A stretch of 64,000 nucleotides of DNA, taken from NCBI GenBank assembly GCA_963767735.1, contig CAVYES010000004.1, positions 527,342 to 591,341 of the forward strand. Direction: 5' to 3'. Source of the DNA: Candidatus Bathyarchaeota archaeon (GTDB lineage: Archaea; Thermoproteota; Bathyarchaeia; Bathyarchaeales; Bathycorpusculaceae). Within the stretch, counting starts at the first letter, position 1. Each line of letters opens with the position of its first letter. Below are positions 1-10,051 of the stretch, one piece after another. The notes beneath the pieces are model-generated. The model made no database searches, had not been told where the DNA came from, and saw nothing but the letters and a program-made list of their open reading frames with translations. Position numbers and translations under genes: made by a program.

Positions 1-715
1 GACTTTCGCTATTAACACCTACACGATTACGGTTACTCAGGGGTCAAATGGTCAGATTTCTCCTGGTACAAATTCTGTTAATTATGGCGCTACTGCGAGC
101 TACATCATTACGCCTGCCACTAACTATTTCATTGCAAGCATAACTGTTGATGGTTCTTCAGTAGCGGTTACTTCATCTTTGGGTCAAACAGTTGGCTTCA
201 CTAATGTTCAGGCTGATCACTCGATCACTGCAACTTACGCGCCAAACAACTATAGGCTCACAGTATACACAAATGGTCAAGGCTCAGTAACTCCTGGCAA
301 CGGAACCTACCCATACGACACTGTGGTTAATTTGACAGCGACAAGCGCGGACGGCTGGACTTTTGAAGGCTGGAGCAGCGAAGCTACCGGTCTAACAACC
401 ACAGTTAACATGAGTGCGGATCAGACGATAACCGCCGATTTTATGCAAAATCTTCCAACAACTCCTACGCCAACTCCGACTCCAACATCTACGGTTAGTC
501 CCACACCTGCACCAACCCCAACGCCAACAACCCCGTCTACACCTACAAGCACCCCTACCGCAACAGCTAAACCGCCTGCAGCAACCCAGACGCTTTTACT
601 TGCGGCAATGGGTCAATTCCTCCCTGTCATAGCGGCTGTAATCATCCTCGGAGCCATAATAACAGGGTTGCTCTTTCAGAAAAGAAAACGCCCAAACATA
701 ATCGTTCTAAGTTAA
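1..715 (+). CDS. Cell-surface protein, C-terminal part (InlB-B/Flg_new-like repeats, Pro/Thr linker, TM anchor); 5' end lies outside the window
   Basis: Frame is open from base 2; GWTFEGWS repeat signature, PTPTPT linker, hydrophobic helix followed by KRKR. Confidence 0.85.
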   Translation, partial: TFAINTYTITVTQGSNGQISPGTNSVNYGATASYIITPATNYFIASITVDGSSVAVTSSLGQTVGFTNVQADHSITATYAPNNYRLTVYTNGQGSVTPGNGTYPYDTVVNLTATSADGWTFEGWSSEATGLTTTVNMSADQTITADFMQNLPTTPTPTPTPTSTVSPTPAPTPTPTTPSTPTSTPTATAKPPAATQTLLLAAMGQFLPVIAAVIILGAIITGLLFQKRKRPNIIVLS

Positions 716-830
716 AAGAAGGCAAAAAGTCCTTATCTATTTTATTTATTTAGTACTTGGCTTCTAATTAGGGCTTTTGTGTGTGCGCTACATTCTACCC
801 CCCGGTCTGCTAGATGCTCCTATTAGATGC

Positions 831-907
831 CTAACATGATTCAACATAGTTCAACATAGACGAAAGGTCCCGCACTTTCTATGCAGAACAGTGCTTTTTC
901 AACATGG
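831..907. repeat. Phased decamer repeats (CTAACATGAT, TCAACATAGT, TCAACATAGA, later TCAACATG)
   Basis: Read directly at 831-860, with an extra copy near 899-907. Confidence 0.6.
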
Positions 908-1171
908 ATGCGTGTTTTTTACTTGCTTTTTTATAGGTGTGCTATTGCATAAGAGACGATTGTTAACACGCAAAGTGCGATGCATATGGGTGCCCCCGCT
1001 TTTCTTGAAAAAATCGTCGCGTAATATTCCGAAATCTCAGTCTTTAGGGCCGATTTGAGCCCTCTAAAGCAACGTCTTACCCTAAAATCCACTGGACTCT
1101 ACCTTCTCCAAGCCAATTAGAAAAGTTGCTCCTAATAAATTTCGTTCCGCACCTGTAATATGGCTGAAAGC

Positions 1172-1378
1172 TTAAGATTTCATTTCACGCTTGTTTTGCG
1201 TTCGAGCTAACAAAGCACCTGATATGCCTAAAACAAAACCTAGTAACTCTAAACCCGCGGTGGCACCATCGTATGGGGCTTTTAAAGCAAAAAATTCAAT
1301 CCCCAAATAGATTAGGACTGCCGAACCAACTGCAAAAAGAAAAAACCCCGCCAATCTTAAACGTCTCATGATGTGCAC
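1172..1378 (-). CDS. Small 2-TM membrane protein
   Basis: Two hydrophobic helices and a basic tail; TATA-like TTTAAG upstream. Confidence 0.7.
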   Translation of the reverse strand: MHIMRRLRLAGFFLFAVGSAVLIYLGIEFFALKAPYDGATAGLELLGFVLGISGALLARTQNKREMKS

Positions 1379-1450
1379 GAACTTTGTATTAGTTTGAACC
1401 TAGCTTAAAAAATTTTATTCTCAAGAAAGTAGAGGACTATGAAGCCAACC

Positions 1451-1465
1451 GTGGGGAAAGGTCTT
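1451..1465 (-). repeat. Inter-gene site AAGACCTTTCCCCAC (copy A)
   Basis: Directly after the stop of 1466..1786; matches copies B-D. Confidence 0.65.
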
Positions 1466-1786
1466 TCATTCTGTTATGTATTTGACCTGCTTTTGGAGTT
1501 TGAACGCTAAGTAAAGGTTTAGAATCACCGCAAGTATGAGTAAAATCAGACCAAAATTAAAGTCATTAAAAACTAGAATATCATATCCTGCTTTTGTACC
1601 GCCAAACTGGATGGATACGGGAAAGTGAGAGTTTACTGCTACCTGATACATCCCATTTAACCCTGAATATTCAGCCCAATTCCAAAGCAAGTATAATGCA
1701 ATAAAAAAAGCGTTAGATAAAACCATTAACTTGAATTCTTTTTTGAGCATTCCTGACCAACTTGAAATAATATGTTTATTATCCAA
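1466..1786 (-). CDS. Small 2-TM membrane protein, similar to the repeats in 2251..3054
   Basis: N..Y...W first helix, SHF loop, N-x-G/P..LN second helix. Confidence 0.75.
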   Translation of the reverse strand: MDNKHIISSWSGMLKKEFKLMVLSNAFFIALYLLWNWAEYSGLNGMYQVAVNSHFPVSIQFGGTKAGYDILVFNDFNFGLILLILAVILNLYLAFKLQKQVKYITE

Positions 1787-1870
1787 TTGGTTACTAACCG
1801 CTTTTATGACTTATGATTAGAACGATTGTACTTAAAATTAAAACGTGCTAGACGGTTGGTACACCCTACT

Positions 1871-1885
1871 GTGGGAAAAGGTCTT
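1871..1885 (-). repeat. Inter-gene site AAGACCTTTTCCCAC (copy B)
   Basis: 14/15 identical to copy A. Confidence 0.65.
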
Positions 1886-1920
1886 ACTTACCAATTACGG
1901 TTTTTTCGATAGGGTTGCAA

Positions 1921-2169
1921 CTAGGCATCATTGTCAAAATAATGAAAACCTAACTCCCTTAATCCAAGAACAATAAGCACAATTCCAAGAATCGCGAATG
2001 TTACGGCAATAACAATTGCGAACCATACAGGTACGGTGTTTGCAGGTAGGGTGCTTGCATATGTAAAACTACTAAACATTTCGCTATATATTCCGAGACC
2101 GATTCCAATAAGCAGTAAAGCGATTCCTATAATTAGTATTATTTCACCAAAGCCTTTGTTACCCAACAA
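1921..2169 (-). CDS. Small 2-TM membrane protein
   Basis: Two Gly-rich hydrophobic helices; CTTAAA TATA upstream. Confidence 0.7.
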   Translation of the reverse strand: MLGNKGFGEIILIIGIALLLIGIGLGIYSEMFSSFTYASTLPANTVPVWFAIVIAVTFAILGIVLIVLGLRELGFHYFDNDA

Positions 2170-2238
2170 TCAATCCCTGTCGGTTTTAATTAGTAATACC
2201 TTCCTACATTCAGGTTTTAAGTTTTTGTATCGCTTGAC

Positions 2239-2252
2239 GTGGGAAAAGCTCT
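2239..2252 (-). repeat. Inter-gene site AGAGCTTTTCCCAC (copy C)
   Basis: Overlaps the stop of 2251..3054. Confidence 0.6.
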
Positions 2253-3054
2253 ACAAATGGTTGATACTAACTTGCTTAATGACTTTAATCACTATCAACA
2301 CGTTCAGAATTAATGCTAAAGCAAAAATGAGTAAAGGCATATTGATGTATGTTAAAGTATCGCTGTAATTTATTGTGAAGGAACTTACCCATAAACCGTA
2401 ATGTGAACTTATTGTGTGTCCATTTGTCATGTCATACCATACAAAATCTTCCAGCCCAATGTAGGCAACTATCAAAAGAAAGTTAAGCAAAATAGCCATC
2501 GGCACATTCAACCAACCACTTCTTGGGTTGATATTGCCCGAGTTTCTGCTTTTTAGCGTCATTATAGAGATGAAAACGATATTTACAATACATGCTGTTA
2601 TGAAAAAGCATAGAGGTGTATTTTGGAAAAAGAAAGTACCCGTACCAGCACCCGATAATGGGAAATAGTAAAAAGTATTTATCAAAAAGTTGTATGTCGG
2701 ATAGTATCCACTAAAATTAATTACACCTTCCATGTTAAACCATGCCAAAGCATCAAACGATATATAGAGAATAAGCAATAGGATATTGAGAAAAATAGCC
2801 CCTTTAAGCCAATCACTTAGTTCGTCACTTTTCAAAGTTTTCTTTATGGTGTTTGTTATAGCAGTAAAGCTCAGAAGAATAAGGAAGCTACCTATTGCAA
2901 TGCAAATTAGACTTCCGAAGTAAAGTAAAAATGCAGAAAATAAGTTATAGGGTTCAGCTCCGGGCAGTAATGCTTCATGCAAAAATAGACTCCCAAATAT
3001 AATGATAACTATTCCCGCTGTTGTAAATTGAGCGTTGATTTTCGGCAGTTTCAT
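2251..3054 (-). CDS. Multi-pass membrane protein with an internal tandem domain repeat
   Basis: About 6 TM helices; two LN..LY...D..W...N.PL units. Confidence 0.8.
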   Translation of the reverse strand: MKLPKINAQFTTAGIVIIIFGSLFLHEALLPGAEPYNLFSAFLLYFGSLICIAIGSFLILLSFTAITNTIKKTLKSDELSDWLKGAIFLNILLLILYISFDALAWFNMEGVINFSGYYPTYNFLINTFYYFPLSGAGTGTFFFQNTPLCFFITACIVNIVFISIMTLKSRNSGNINPRSGWLNVPMAILLNFLLIVAYIGLEDFVWYDMTNGHTISSHYGLWVSSFTINYSDTLTYINMPLLIFALALILNVLIVIKVIKQVSINHL

Positions 3055-3158
3055 GTTGTCACTTGTTCTCTTTTTTTAGAATAAAAGGCTATTCGTAAAA
3101 GTTCCTTGACTGGCATTAGTCAAACTTTCTTGACTGATAGGGATCAGTATACACTTGC

Positions 3159-3171
3159 TTGGGAAGAGGTT
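3159..3171 (-). repeat. Degenerate inter-gene site AACCTCTTCCCAA (copy D)
   Basis: Same orientation as A-C, upstream of 2251..3054. Confidence 0.45.
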
Positions 3172-3274
3172 AAGTTATTTCTGATAGTTTGACAGGTGGA
3201 TAAATAAAAAAGTCCAGAATGTGCTTAATCTGTCTCTCAAGCACTTTTTTCAACAGTTTTTGGAGGTGAAAAAA

Positions 3275-3523
3275 ATGCATAAACAAAGAAATTGCAAAAT
3301 CTGCAAGTCAGACTTCGCAATAGTTTTACTTTTCATGAACCATTGCAATCACATGCCTTATGTAGAACTAATCGAGAGATATGAAAAATACATCCCACGT
3401 CTGAATTTATATAATATCTCTACCCATTTCAATAGACACATGGAGCAAAAAGATATCATTGAAGATGAAGCTTGCAAAAAACGTTTTGACAAAGAAAAGC
3501 AAGAACCGCAAGCTAACGATTAA
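3275..3523 (+). CDS. Small CxxC...HxxxH protein, possibly of viral or mobile origin
   Basis: CKIC and STHFNRH motifs; GGAGGTGA Shine-Dalgarno before ATG 3275. Confidence 0.65.
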   Translation: MHKQRNCKICKSDFAIVLLFMNHCNHMPYVELIERYEKYIPRLNLYNISTHFNRHMEQKDIIEDEACKKRFDKEKQEPQAND

Positions 3524-3655
3524 GTTTAGGCACTGTCAAAAAATTGAATAATTGTCCATGGAAGATTTAAAGCATGAGCAAAGCTCCGCTGGCGAGAATC
3601 GATACCCCAACGTCTCTAAAAGATATCTGATTGAACTACAAAAATTTTCATCGAA

Positions 3656-5272
3656 CTACCATTCAGCGTTGCCAGCGTTGCCTGTCTTTCGTTTTTTAAG
3701 CGTAAGCGCAACTGAAGCGGAGGCTGCTAATATGATGACCAGCGACAAGGTTACTGCTGAGGGAAACTCTGGAATGGTAGGCGTTGAAGAAGGCGTTGAT
3801 TGAGTTATTGGAGTTGAGGTGGGTGTAGAGTTTGGAGTTGTTGTTGATGTTGGAGTTGCAGTTGGTTGGGAGGTAGCAGCTGGTGCAGTTGTTGGAGTTG
3901 CGGTTGATGAAGGAGCAGGTGTTGGTGTTGGAGACGGCGTTGAAGTAGGGTTAGTTGCAAATGTTGCTGAGATAGTTGTTGCACTGTTAACATTTTTGAC
4001 AGTGTAGGAACTTACCGAACCAATCGTAGTTCCATTAACTAAAACGGTGGCTATGCTGTAGCCACTATTTGCTGCTATATCGAAAGTTTGACTGCCACCA
4101 TAGTTGAGGCTGATAACTCCACTTGGAGAAATGCTGCCGCCGGTGCCTGCACTGGCTGTAATGAAGGTTGGTGCTTCAGCGTTCGGTGTGGTCAAAAATG
4201 GACTGTACGTGACTACCCCTAAGTTAAAATCTTTGTAGTAGTCATAGATTGTTTGGCTTATTGCATCTGGGTCTGTTGTTCCCCACCAGTTGGAGGTTGC
4301 GTTAACGTTGGAGTTGAAGGTTAAGTAAATGTTATAGTATTGGTTGCCGTAAATGTTGTTGTTTGTAAGTATCGTTACTGGAGCACCGCACACTGAAATT
4401 CCATAGGAATTGCCAGAAACAGTGTTGTAAGTCACGTCGCAAACGTAAGATGACGTTTCGCCACTGCTAATGACGATACCTGCGCTGCCGCCGGATGCAG
4501 GGTTAAACGCTTGGCTTCCTTGACTGTCCGTGATGACGTTTAGTGTGACGGTGGCTGTCCCTGAAAAAATTGACAAGCCATTAATTATGATGCCTACTGG
4601 GTCATTATACAGGATATTACTAAATATAGTGGGGGAGCATGTGATTGCTGATGAGGTTCCGCTGACGAAAATTCCCCAGTCACTATCTGAAATCAAATTT
4701 CCATTTATCGTTGGTGTACCAGCGCTAATGTCTACCCCATAATAATAACTTGAGATAGTATTATCACTAATTATCGGGGAGCCACCTGAAATTAGGATGC
4801 TGGATGAACTGTCGGCGATGTTAACAGAAGTGCCTTGCATAATATTGTCGCTTATGTTTGCTGAGCTGCTGATAGAAAGAGTTGAGCTTACAATTGCATC
4901 CTGTATTATGCAACCTGCGCCTGTAGATTCTATCCAGTTAGTGCTGCTTTGCGTAAAAGTGATTTGTCCACCATTAAAAGTGATTGGTTGGGCATTGGTT
5001 CCGATTGCTTGTAACGTTCCGTTTACTTCTATGTAGTAGCTACCCAGATTCACAGTAGTTCCTACATCAATTGTCAAGGTTACACCGTTATTTACGAGAA
5101 CATTTCCCGTTAATGTGTATGGACTGTTTGCTTGTGTCCAAGTAGTGTTTGATGTTATTATGCCCGTGACGTTTGTGCCACTTTGAGCTGTACCAAAATG
5201 AGCAGTGCCGACAAAAGTTAATCCGCTAATCATAACGGCTATCAAGAACGCGCTCAACAGCAACTTTCTCAT
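3656..5272 (-). CDS. Surface glycoprotein with a right-handed beta-helix (NosD/CASH-like), Pro/Thr linker and PEF-CTERM sorting signal
   Basis: Signal peptide MRKLLL, N-x-I beta-helix repeats, NWWG motif, IPEFPS + TM + KKRK. Confidence 0.88.
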   Translation of the reverse strand: MRKLLLSAFLIAVMISGLTFVGTAHFGTAQSGTNVTGIITSNTTWTQANSPYTLTGNVLVNNGVTLTIDVGTTVNLGSYYIEVNGTLQAIGTNAQPITFNGGQITFTQSSTNWIESTGAGCIIQDAIVSSTLSISSSANISDNIMQGTSVNIADSSSSILISGGSPIISDNTISSYYYGVDISAGTPTINGNLISDSDWGIFVSGTSSAITCSPTIFSNILYNDPVGIIINGLSIFSGTATVTLNVITDSQGSQAFNPASGGSAGIVISSGETSSYVCDVTYNTVSGNSYGISVCGAPVTILTNNNIYGNQYYNIYLTFNSNVNATSNWWGTTDPDAISQTIYDYYKDFNLGVVTYSPFLTTPNAEAPTFITASAGTGGSISPSGVISLNYGGSQTFDIAANSGYSIATVLVNGTTIGSVSSYTVKNVNSATTISATFATNPTSTPSPTPTPAPSSTATPTTAPAATSQPTATPTSTTTPNSTPTSTPITQSTPSSTPTIPEFPSAVTLSLVIILAASASVALTLKKRKTGNAGNAEW

Positions 5273-5763
5273 GGTATTCCACAGTCTATTACTGTCTTGT
5301 TCTGGTTTATTATTTGTGGATGAATCCTCTACTTGCGTTTCTGAAACAAATATTGAGCAGCAAGATATTCGTGAAGTTGAAGCATTCAAAGCGAAATATG
5401 AACCCGATTAATGAAAGATTAGCAAATCTCTACCAAAGAGCTCCCTTGAGTTAGTCTACGAGATAGCAAGCGGCAAACCTGTGGTAAACAAGTGAATTTT
5501 CTTTAGTTGTTGCTATGTTTTTGCTCTGAACGCTTTAATCTCTCTTCAAGTCTTCTTTCCCGTTCTTTTCTCTCAAGCTCAACCAACGGAGCCATCGCAA
5601 GAACAGTTAGGTCCCGCTCAATTCTCTTGAAAAAGTTCATGGAGCTTTTCTCCTTTCTCCTCTGAAACATCTAACGATTTCATGTTTTTAAGCCAAGTTT
5701 CTTAAATTGAAATATATCGTGAACTGGAACATCCCGCTTAAGCCCTCAATTGATGAATGTTGA

Positions 5764-5940
5764 TACATCAATGGAGTACTTGATACAACTGCAGGAGCCT
5801 CGCCAACTGCGTTAACACAAGGGGATACTGCAACAATAGCCACCGCAGGTCTCGCAAACTACGCTCAAGAAAGCACAATTACAATTAAAGTAACCACGCA
5901 AGGCGGTACATACAGTCAAGTAAACGAACAGGTTCCTTAA
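5764..5940 (+). pseudogene. C-terminal fragment of a pilin-like or surface protein
   Basis: YINGVL...LTQGDTATI...IKVTTQGGTY..VP* with no start codon or N-terminus. Confidence 0.5.
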
Positions 5941-5981
5941 GTAAATTAATCGCTAAAGAAAAAAACGATAAACACGAAAAA

Positions 5982-6010
5982 TCCCCTATATTATATTATG
6001 GGGAAAAAAT
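5982..6010. terminator. Hairpin TCCCCTATA...ATGGGGA flanked by A/T tracts
   Basis: Inverted repeat between two convergent gene remnants. Confidence 0.35.
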
Positions 6011-6028
6011 TGTGTGAAATCTCAAAAT

Positions 6029-6130
6029 CTACCCTTTAGCGTTGTCAGCTTTTGCTTATCTTTCTTTTTCTAAACGTAAGCACAACTGCAACGGAGCTTG
6101 CTAATATTCACAATGTTAAAAGACTGGGAC
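6029..6130 (-). pseudogene. Orphan C-terminal anchor of a PEF-CTERM-type protein
   Basis: PSLLTL*ILASSVAVVLTFRKRK resembles the tail of 3656..5272. Confidence 0.5.
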
Positions 6131-6310
6131 GCTGTTTTATCAGCGGGGGATGATGTCGCCGTCCCAGTCTGATAGGGAAAGATGAAGAAGTAAAGTTGAC
6201 AGACCCCAAACAGTTTAGAGTCTATTTGCCTGTATGATTAGCGCCAAAATGCCATTATTATATTAGTGCTCACTAACTAAGTAGTACCCGTTTACTGGTG
6301 CATCTGAAGA

Positions 6311-6568
6311 ATGACTAAGATCAGAAAAAGTGCTGTTCAAATTCGATTTGAAATACTGGAATATCTGTTCTTTAATTCAAAACCTCAGCTACGCACCGTG
6401 ATTTGGCGGAAATCAACAAACGTCTCCTATGACGATTTTTTGAAACATTTGGCTTTTCTTGAAGAGAGAAAACTGGTTAAGGAAACTGCAGATGGTTACA
6501 GTTCGTTAACGGATGAAGGAAGAAAACTCTACGTTGAACTGCGCAAGTCGTTGCCTTCGATACTTTAA
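6311..6568 (+). CDS. Winged-helix transcriptional regulator (COG3432-like)
   Basis: RKS..I..EIL...NVSY...L..L...LV......LTDEG pattern. Confidence 0.8.
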   Translation: MTKIRKSAVQIRFEILEYLFFNSKPQLRTVIWRKSTNVSYDDFLKHLAFLEERKLVKETADGYSSLTDEGRKLYVELRKSLPSIL

Positions 6569-6639
6569 GCGGTTCTAGTTCATCTTTGGTGCATCAGGTA
6601 TAAAAACTCAAGAACGCTGAATAAGGACGGTAAGAAAAA

Positions 6640-6990
6640 TTGACCAGTGAACGTAGTGAGGAGAAGGTTTACCCCGTCAGGTCTCTACATGACTTTTTGT
6701 CTGAGTTAGATAAGGAATGGACGAAGTTTCGAAATGGCACTCTTATTGGGCTTGGTTCTTCAGTTGTTTTGTTCTTGGTTGTTGTTTTTTTGATTTTGAG
6801 AACTAGGCATTTTGGGTTGGGTTTGGTAGGTTTTATTCTTTTGATTCTTGCAGCAATCGTGATTGCTTACAGCATTTACGCGATGTATGCTCAATACCGG
6901 TTCTTGAACAGGTGGGAACGGCGAATCGGGTTGCTTGTGCATATGGAAGAAGAAATGTTATCTGAAAAACTAGATGAAGCCAAGGCTTAG
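6640..6990 (+). CDS. 2-TM membrane protein
   Basis: Two TM helices and a charged tail. Confidence 0.75.
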   Translation: MTSERSEEKVYPVRSLHDFLSELDKEWTKFRNGTLIGLGSSVVLFLVVVFLILRTRHFGLGLVGFILLILAAIVIAYSIYAMYAQYRFLNRWERRIGLLVHMEEEMLSEKLDEAKA

Positions 6991-7078
6991 TGTACATTTA
7001 AGGTGCACATCAGAAGTGCGGCTTCCTTTTTAAACACTCCAACAGAGTTGTTGATATCAAACAGTTGGAGGAAAAAAA

Positions 7079-7582
7079 ATGGTAAATTTAAAAAATAAAA
7101 ATAAAGTAGTTTTGGCAGCGATGGCTGCTTTTGCAATATTGTTGATGATTGCAGTACCCTTTGTCGGTGCTCAACCCGTTTCAAACGGCGCAGTTGGGAG
7201 TGTTAAGACTATGAAAGCGCAGGGCTTTGCTTACCAAGAAATCAACGGTCAAACCGTGAAATATCAAGCGAACTTCGCTTTGATGCTTCAGCAAACATCC
7301 ACTATCAGTGTACCCAAGGAATTTGATGTTGCGGGCGGAACAATAGTGGTAAACGGTGTAACTTACACGATGACAAGCGGAAACGGCGTTGTACGACCAG
7401 ACAGACACATTTTCATGCTGCAGGCTCAAGGCACAAGCCTCGACGGACAAGCAGTAACACTGAAACTTGAAGGTCGATACTTCTGGCTGGGTGGACAGCT
7501 ATACGTCGCCAGAATAGGAGCTAAACTGCAAACAGACAACGGCAACTACTTGTTACTAATGCGCGCAGCAATACGAGTGTAA
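7079..7582 (+). CDS. Secreted beta-rich protein
   Basis: Signal peptide; GGAGG Shine-Dalgarno. Confidence 0.8.
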   Translation: MVNLKNKNKVVLAAMAAFAILLMIAVPFVGAQPVSNGAVGSVKTMKAQGFAYQEINGQTVKYQANFALMLQQTSTISVPKEFDVAGGTIVVNGVTYTMTSGNGVVRPDRHIFMLQAQGTSLDGQAVTLKLEGRYFWLGGQLYVARIGAKLQTDNGNYLLLMRAAIRV

Positions 7583-7785
7583 TAACGCACTCGACATCTG
7601 TTTTCTTTCTTTGTTTTCTCTTATTTTTTGGTTTCTTAAATTAACATAAGGAACTTAATCGCCATTACAGCCAACTACACGATTCTTCTTCTGCAAAATC
7701 ACATTGAAACTTACCCTTTGAGTCAACGGCAAGAAACAATGTCTCCTTTAGGGGAATTCAGAAAAGCAAAAATTTCCTTGCACTA

Positions 7786-7830
7786 GTGGTTGTTCCAAAA
7801 TTAGTTTGCAAAGTACCTGATGCGTCTGGA
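7786..7830 (-). mobile_element. Isolated right end of a DDE IS (transposase tail plus IR)
   Basis: Encodes RRIRYFAN* followed by TTTTGGAACAACCAC, matching 17845-17889 (RSIRYFAN*, TTTCGCAACAGCCAC). Confidence 0.6.
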
Positions 7831-7984
7831 TATGGCCACCGAGAAGAACATAAGATTTTGAGAGAGCGGAGTTAAGGGAAGGGAGCGTTATCCATCTCTG
7901 GGCAAGGTTCATTCCGAGAGTCTTTCCCGTCTGGCTATTAATTTATCTATTTGCTCTTAGCAAATTATAATCATATCGCTCCCT

Positions 7985-9093
7985 TTGGACAAGGTGTTGT
8001 TAAGAACGCTAATAACGATAAATGAGTGTAGTCCCTTGAAAGAAAAACCCAATGTTTTAATCGTTGGTGCGGGGGCAATCGGTTTAAGCATAGCAGGCTG
8101 GATTTTTCCTAACAATGAAAACTTGACTCTTCTAGCACGAGGCGAAAGCATTGCTGCACTTAGAAGATATGGGTTACGGCTTTACAAAATAGGTCAAGAA
8201 GCAACAACTGCTCCAATGCCGATAAAAGTAATTGAATCACTAGACGAGATTCCGCCTCCAGACATTATAATCATTACCGTGAAAAACTATGATCTCGATG
8301 GAATAGCACAAACGCTTCGGCAACAGCTTGGAAATTTCCAGCCAATTGTTGCTAGCCTTCAGAACGGCTTAGAAAACCAACAGATACTACCCAAGTATTT
8401 TTCTAGAGCAATATACGGTGTTGTTTGCTACAACGCATGGCGAGACGGTTTCGGGAAAGCCACATATGTAAAACGAGGATACCTAATTATTGGAACCCCA
8501 AACAATGACCTACAACTCGAACTTAAAAGCGTTAAAAACGCTTATATCCCGGATTAGAATGCTTTATCACCAATCGTTTACAAGATGCAGTTCACAGCAA
8601 GCTAGCAATTAACCTCATAAATGCTTTAATGGCACTAGTAGGATTCCGAAAACGATCAGTCGAGTCTGAAAAGATTCTTGTGCACATGACTACAAGACTT
8701 CTAGGTGAAGGAATCCAAGTGCTTCAAGCAGCCGGGTTTAAAGAGCATAAGCTGGGCAGCCTGCCCTCTTGGAACGATATCCAAATAGCAGTCAACATGC
8801 CAGAATCCCCCACAAATCCACTTCATGACTTCATCGTCAACAGAATCGGACCAACCAGCATGACACAAGACGTATTCAGCGAAAAACCAACCACAGAACT
8901 AGAATCATTAAGCGGATACATGCTTGAATTAGCCCGCAAAGTAGGTGTTTCAATGCCAATTAACCAAGCAATCTATGAGATTGCAAAAGAACAATTCCGT
9001 CCCAGCTTTCGACCCATCCCAGAAATTGACCTTTGGGAAATGATAAACAACAAAATTCTCGACTCAAAAGAAGCTCGCGATAAAAAAATCTAA
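7985..9093 (+). pseudogene. panE: Ketopantoate reductase (ApbA/PanE family), split by a frameshift near 8545
   Basis: GAGAIG, ITVKNYD, SLQNG, then SKLAIN, SMTQD and TELE in the shifted frame. Confidence 0.8.
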
Positions 9094-9400
9094 AGGGTTA
9101 ACAGTTTAGCTATATCGTTTTCCTTGTCGTATACCCATCTGTTGGCTTCGGGAGAAAAAATAATATATTGCAATTCAACCCTTTTAAAAATACTTTGGTT
9201 AATCTGCCTTCTCTGCAAAAAACTATTCAGCTCTTCCTTAGTGGGTGTTTGGATCATGACTTATCCTGCGACATCTTCCATACGGTGATTATCGACTCAT
9301 CGTTCAACCAACAAAGAAATGCATTTTATCTCGGTTCTCTTGCGGCACCTGGGGGTACCGGGATTCTTTCCGTGAGAATAGAATATTAACGACGAGGGAA

Positions 9401-9429
9401 GTGTTCCCCACGGGATTTTTATAGAACAC
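9401..9429 (+). repeat. GTGTTC-CCCAC-N12-GAACAC site related to copies A-D
   Basis: TTCCCCAC core with 6-bp inverted arms, upstream of a TATA and gene 9480. Confidence 0.45.
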
Positions 9430-9479
9430 GAGTCAACAGTCTTAAATCGTTATTGCTGTCTATTCTATTCTGTTAACAA

Positions 9480-9959
9480 ATGACACAATTATTAGACTGG
9501 AGCAAAACTGTAGTGCCTCAGCGTCACGAATCTGGTTGTGTTCCAACAGGCTATGAGTGGATAATTCGATATTTGAAGATTCAAGGAGTGAATCTTGTGA
9601 CCTTTCAGGAGGATTTTGACCTTGGGCAAGATAATAGTTTTGACTCTGTTTCAGCTAAGATTAGAAGTGTGTATTCTATAATTAACATTAAAGTGGAAAG
9701 TTTCATTAAGGGAATAGATAAAGTGGATCGGATTAAATCCCTTTTAGAAGAGCAAAAGCCTTGTCTGATTTCATTAGCTTTAGGCAACGGTCAGGGTTGG
9801 CACATAATGCCCGTTGTGCGCATCGATGAAACTATACAACTGATACATCATGCGGATGCAGATGGACAATGTACTTGGGTTTTTCCTGTTGCAGAAATCG
9901 TTTGGAGACATGATTACTTGCAAGGTGGACATGATATATCGTGGGTTGAACCTCTATAG
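9480..9959 (+). CDS. C39-like papain-fold cysteine peptidase
   Basis: PQRHESGC (Q...C), WH, downstream D. Confidence 0.6.
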   Translation: MTQLLDWSKTVVPQRHESGCVPTGYEWIIRYLKIQGVNLVTFQEDFDLGQDNSFDSVSAKIRSVYSIINIKVESFIKGIDKVDRIKSLLEEQKPCLISLALGNGQGWHIMPVVRIDETIQLIHHADADGQCTWVFPVAEIVWRHDYLQGGHDISWVEPL

Positions 9960-10051
9960 GTCCCTAATTATCTGTAACTAAATCGTTTAGTGAAAGAATA
10001 AGCTTTGTCACTCTATCAAATCATCTGAAAATGTATCCAGTATTTGGGTCT

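Noticed and set aside
3552-5036. Overlapping Gln-rich and Val/Gly-rich ORFs
   Set aside because: Alternative-frame or antisense shadows of the surface protein and its Pro/Thr linker; the same applies to most short antisense ORFs in the track
6145-6180. Fluoride (crcB) riboswitch-like GGGGATGATGTCGCC
   Set aside because: P1 is mismatched and the 3' GCTGATGAC pseudoknot segment is missing
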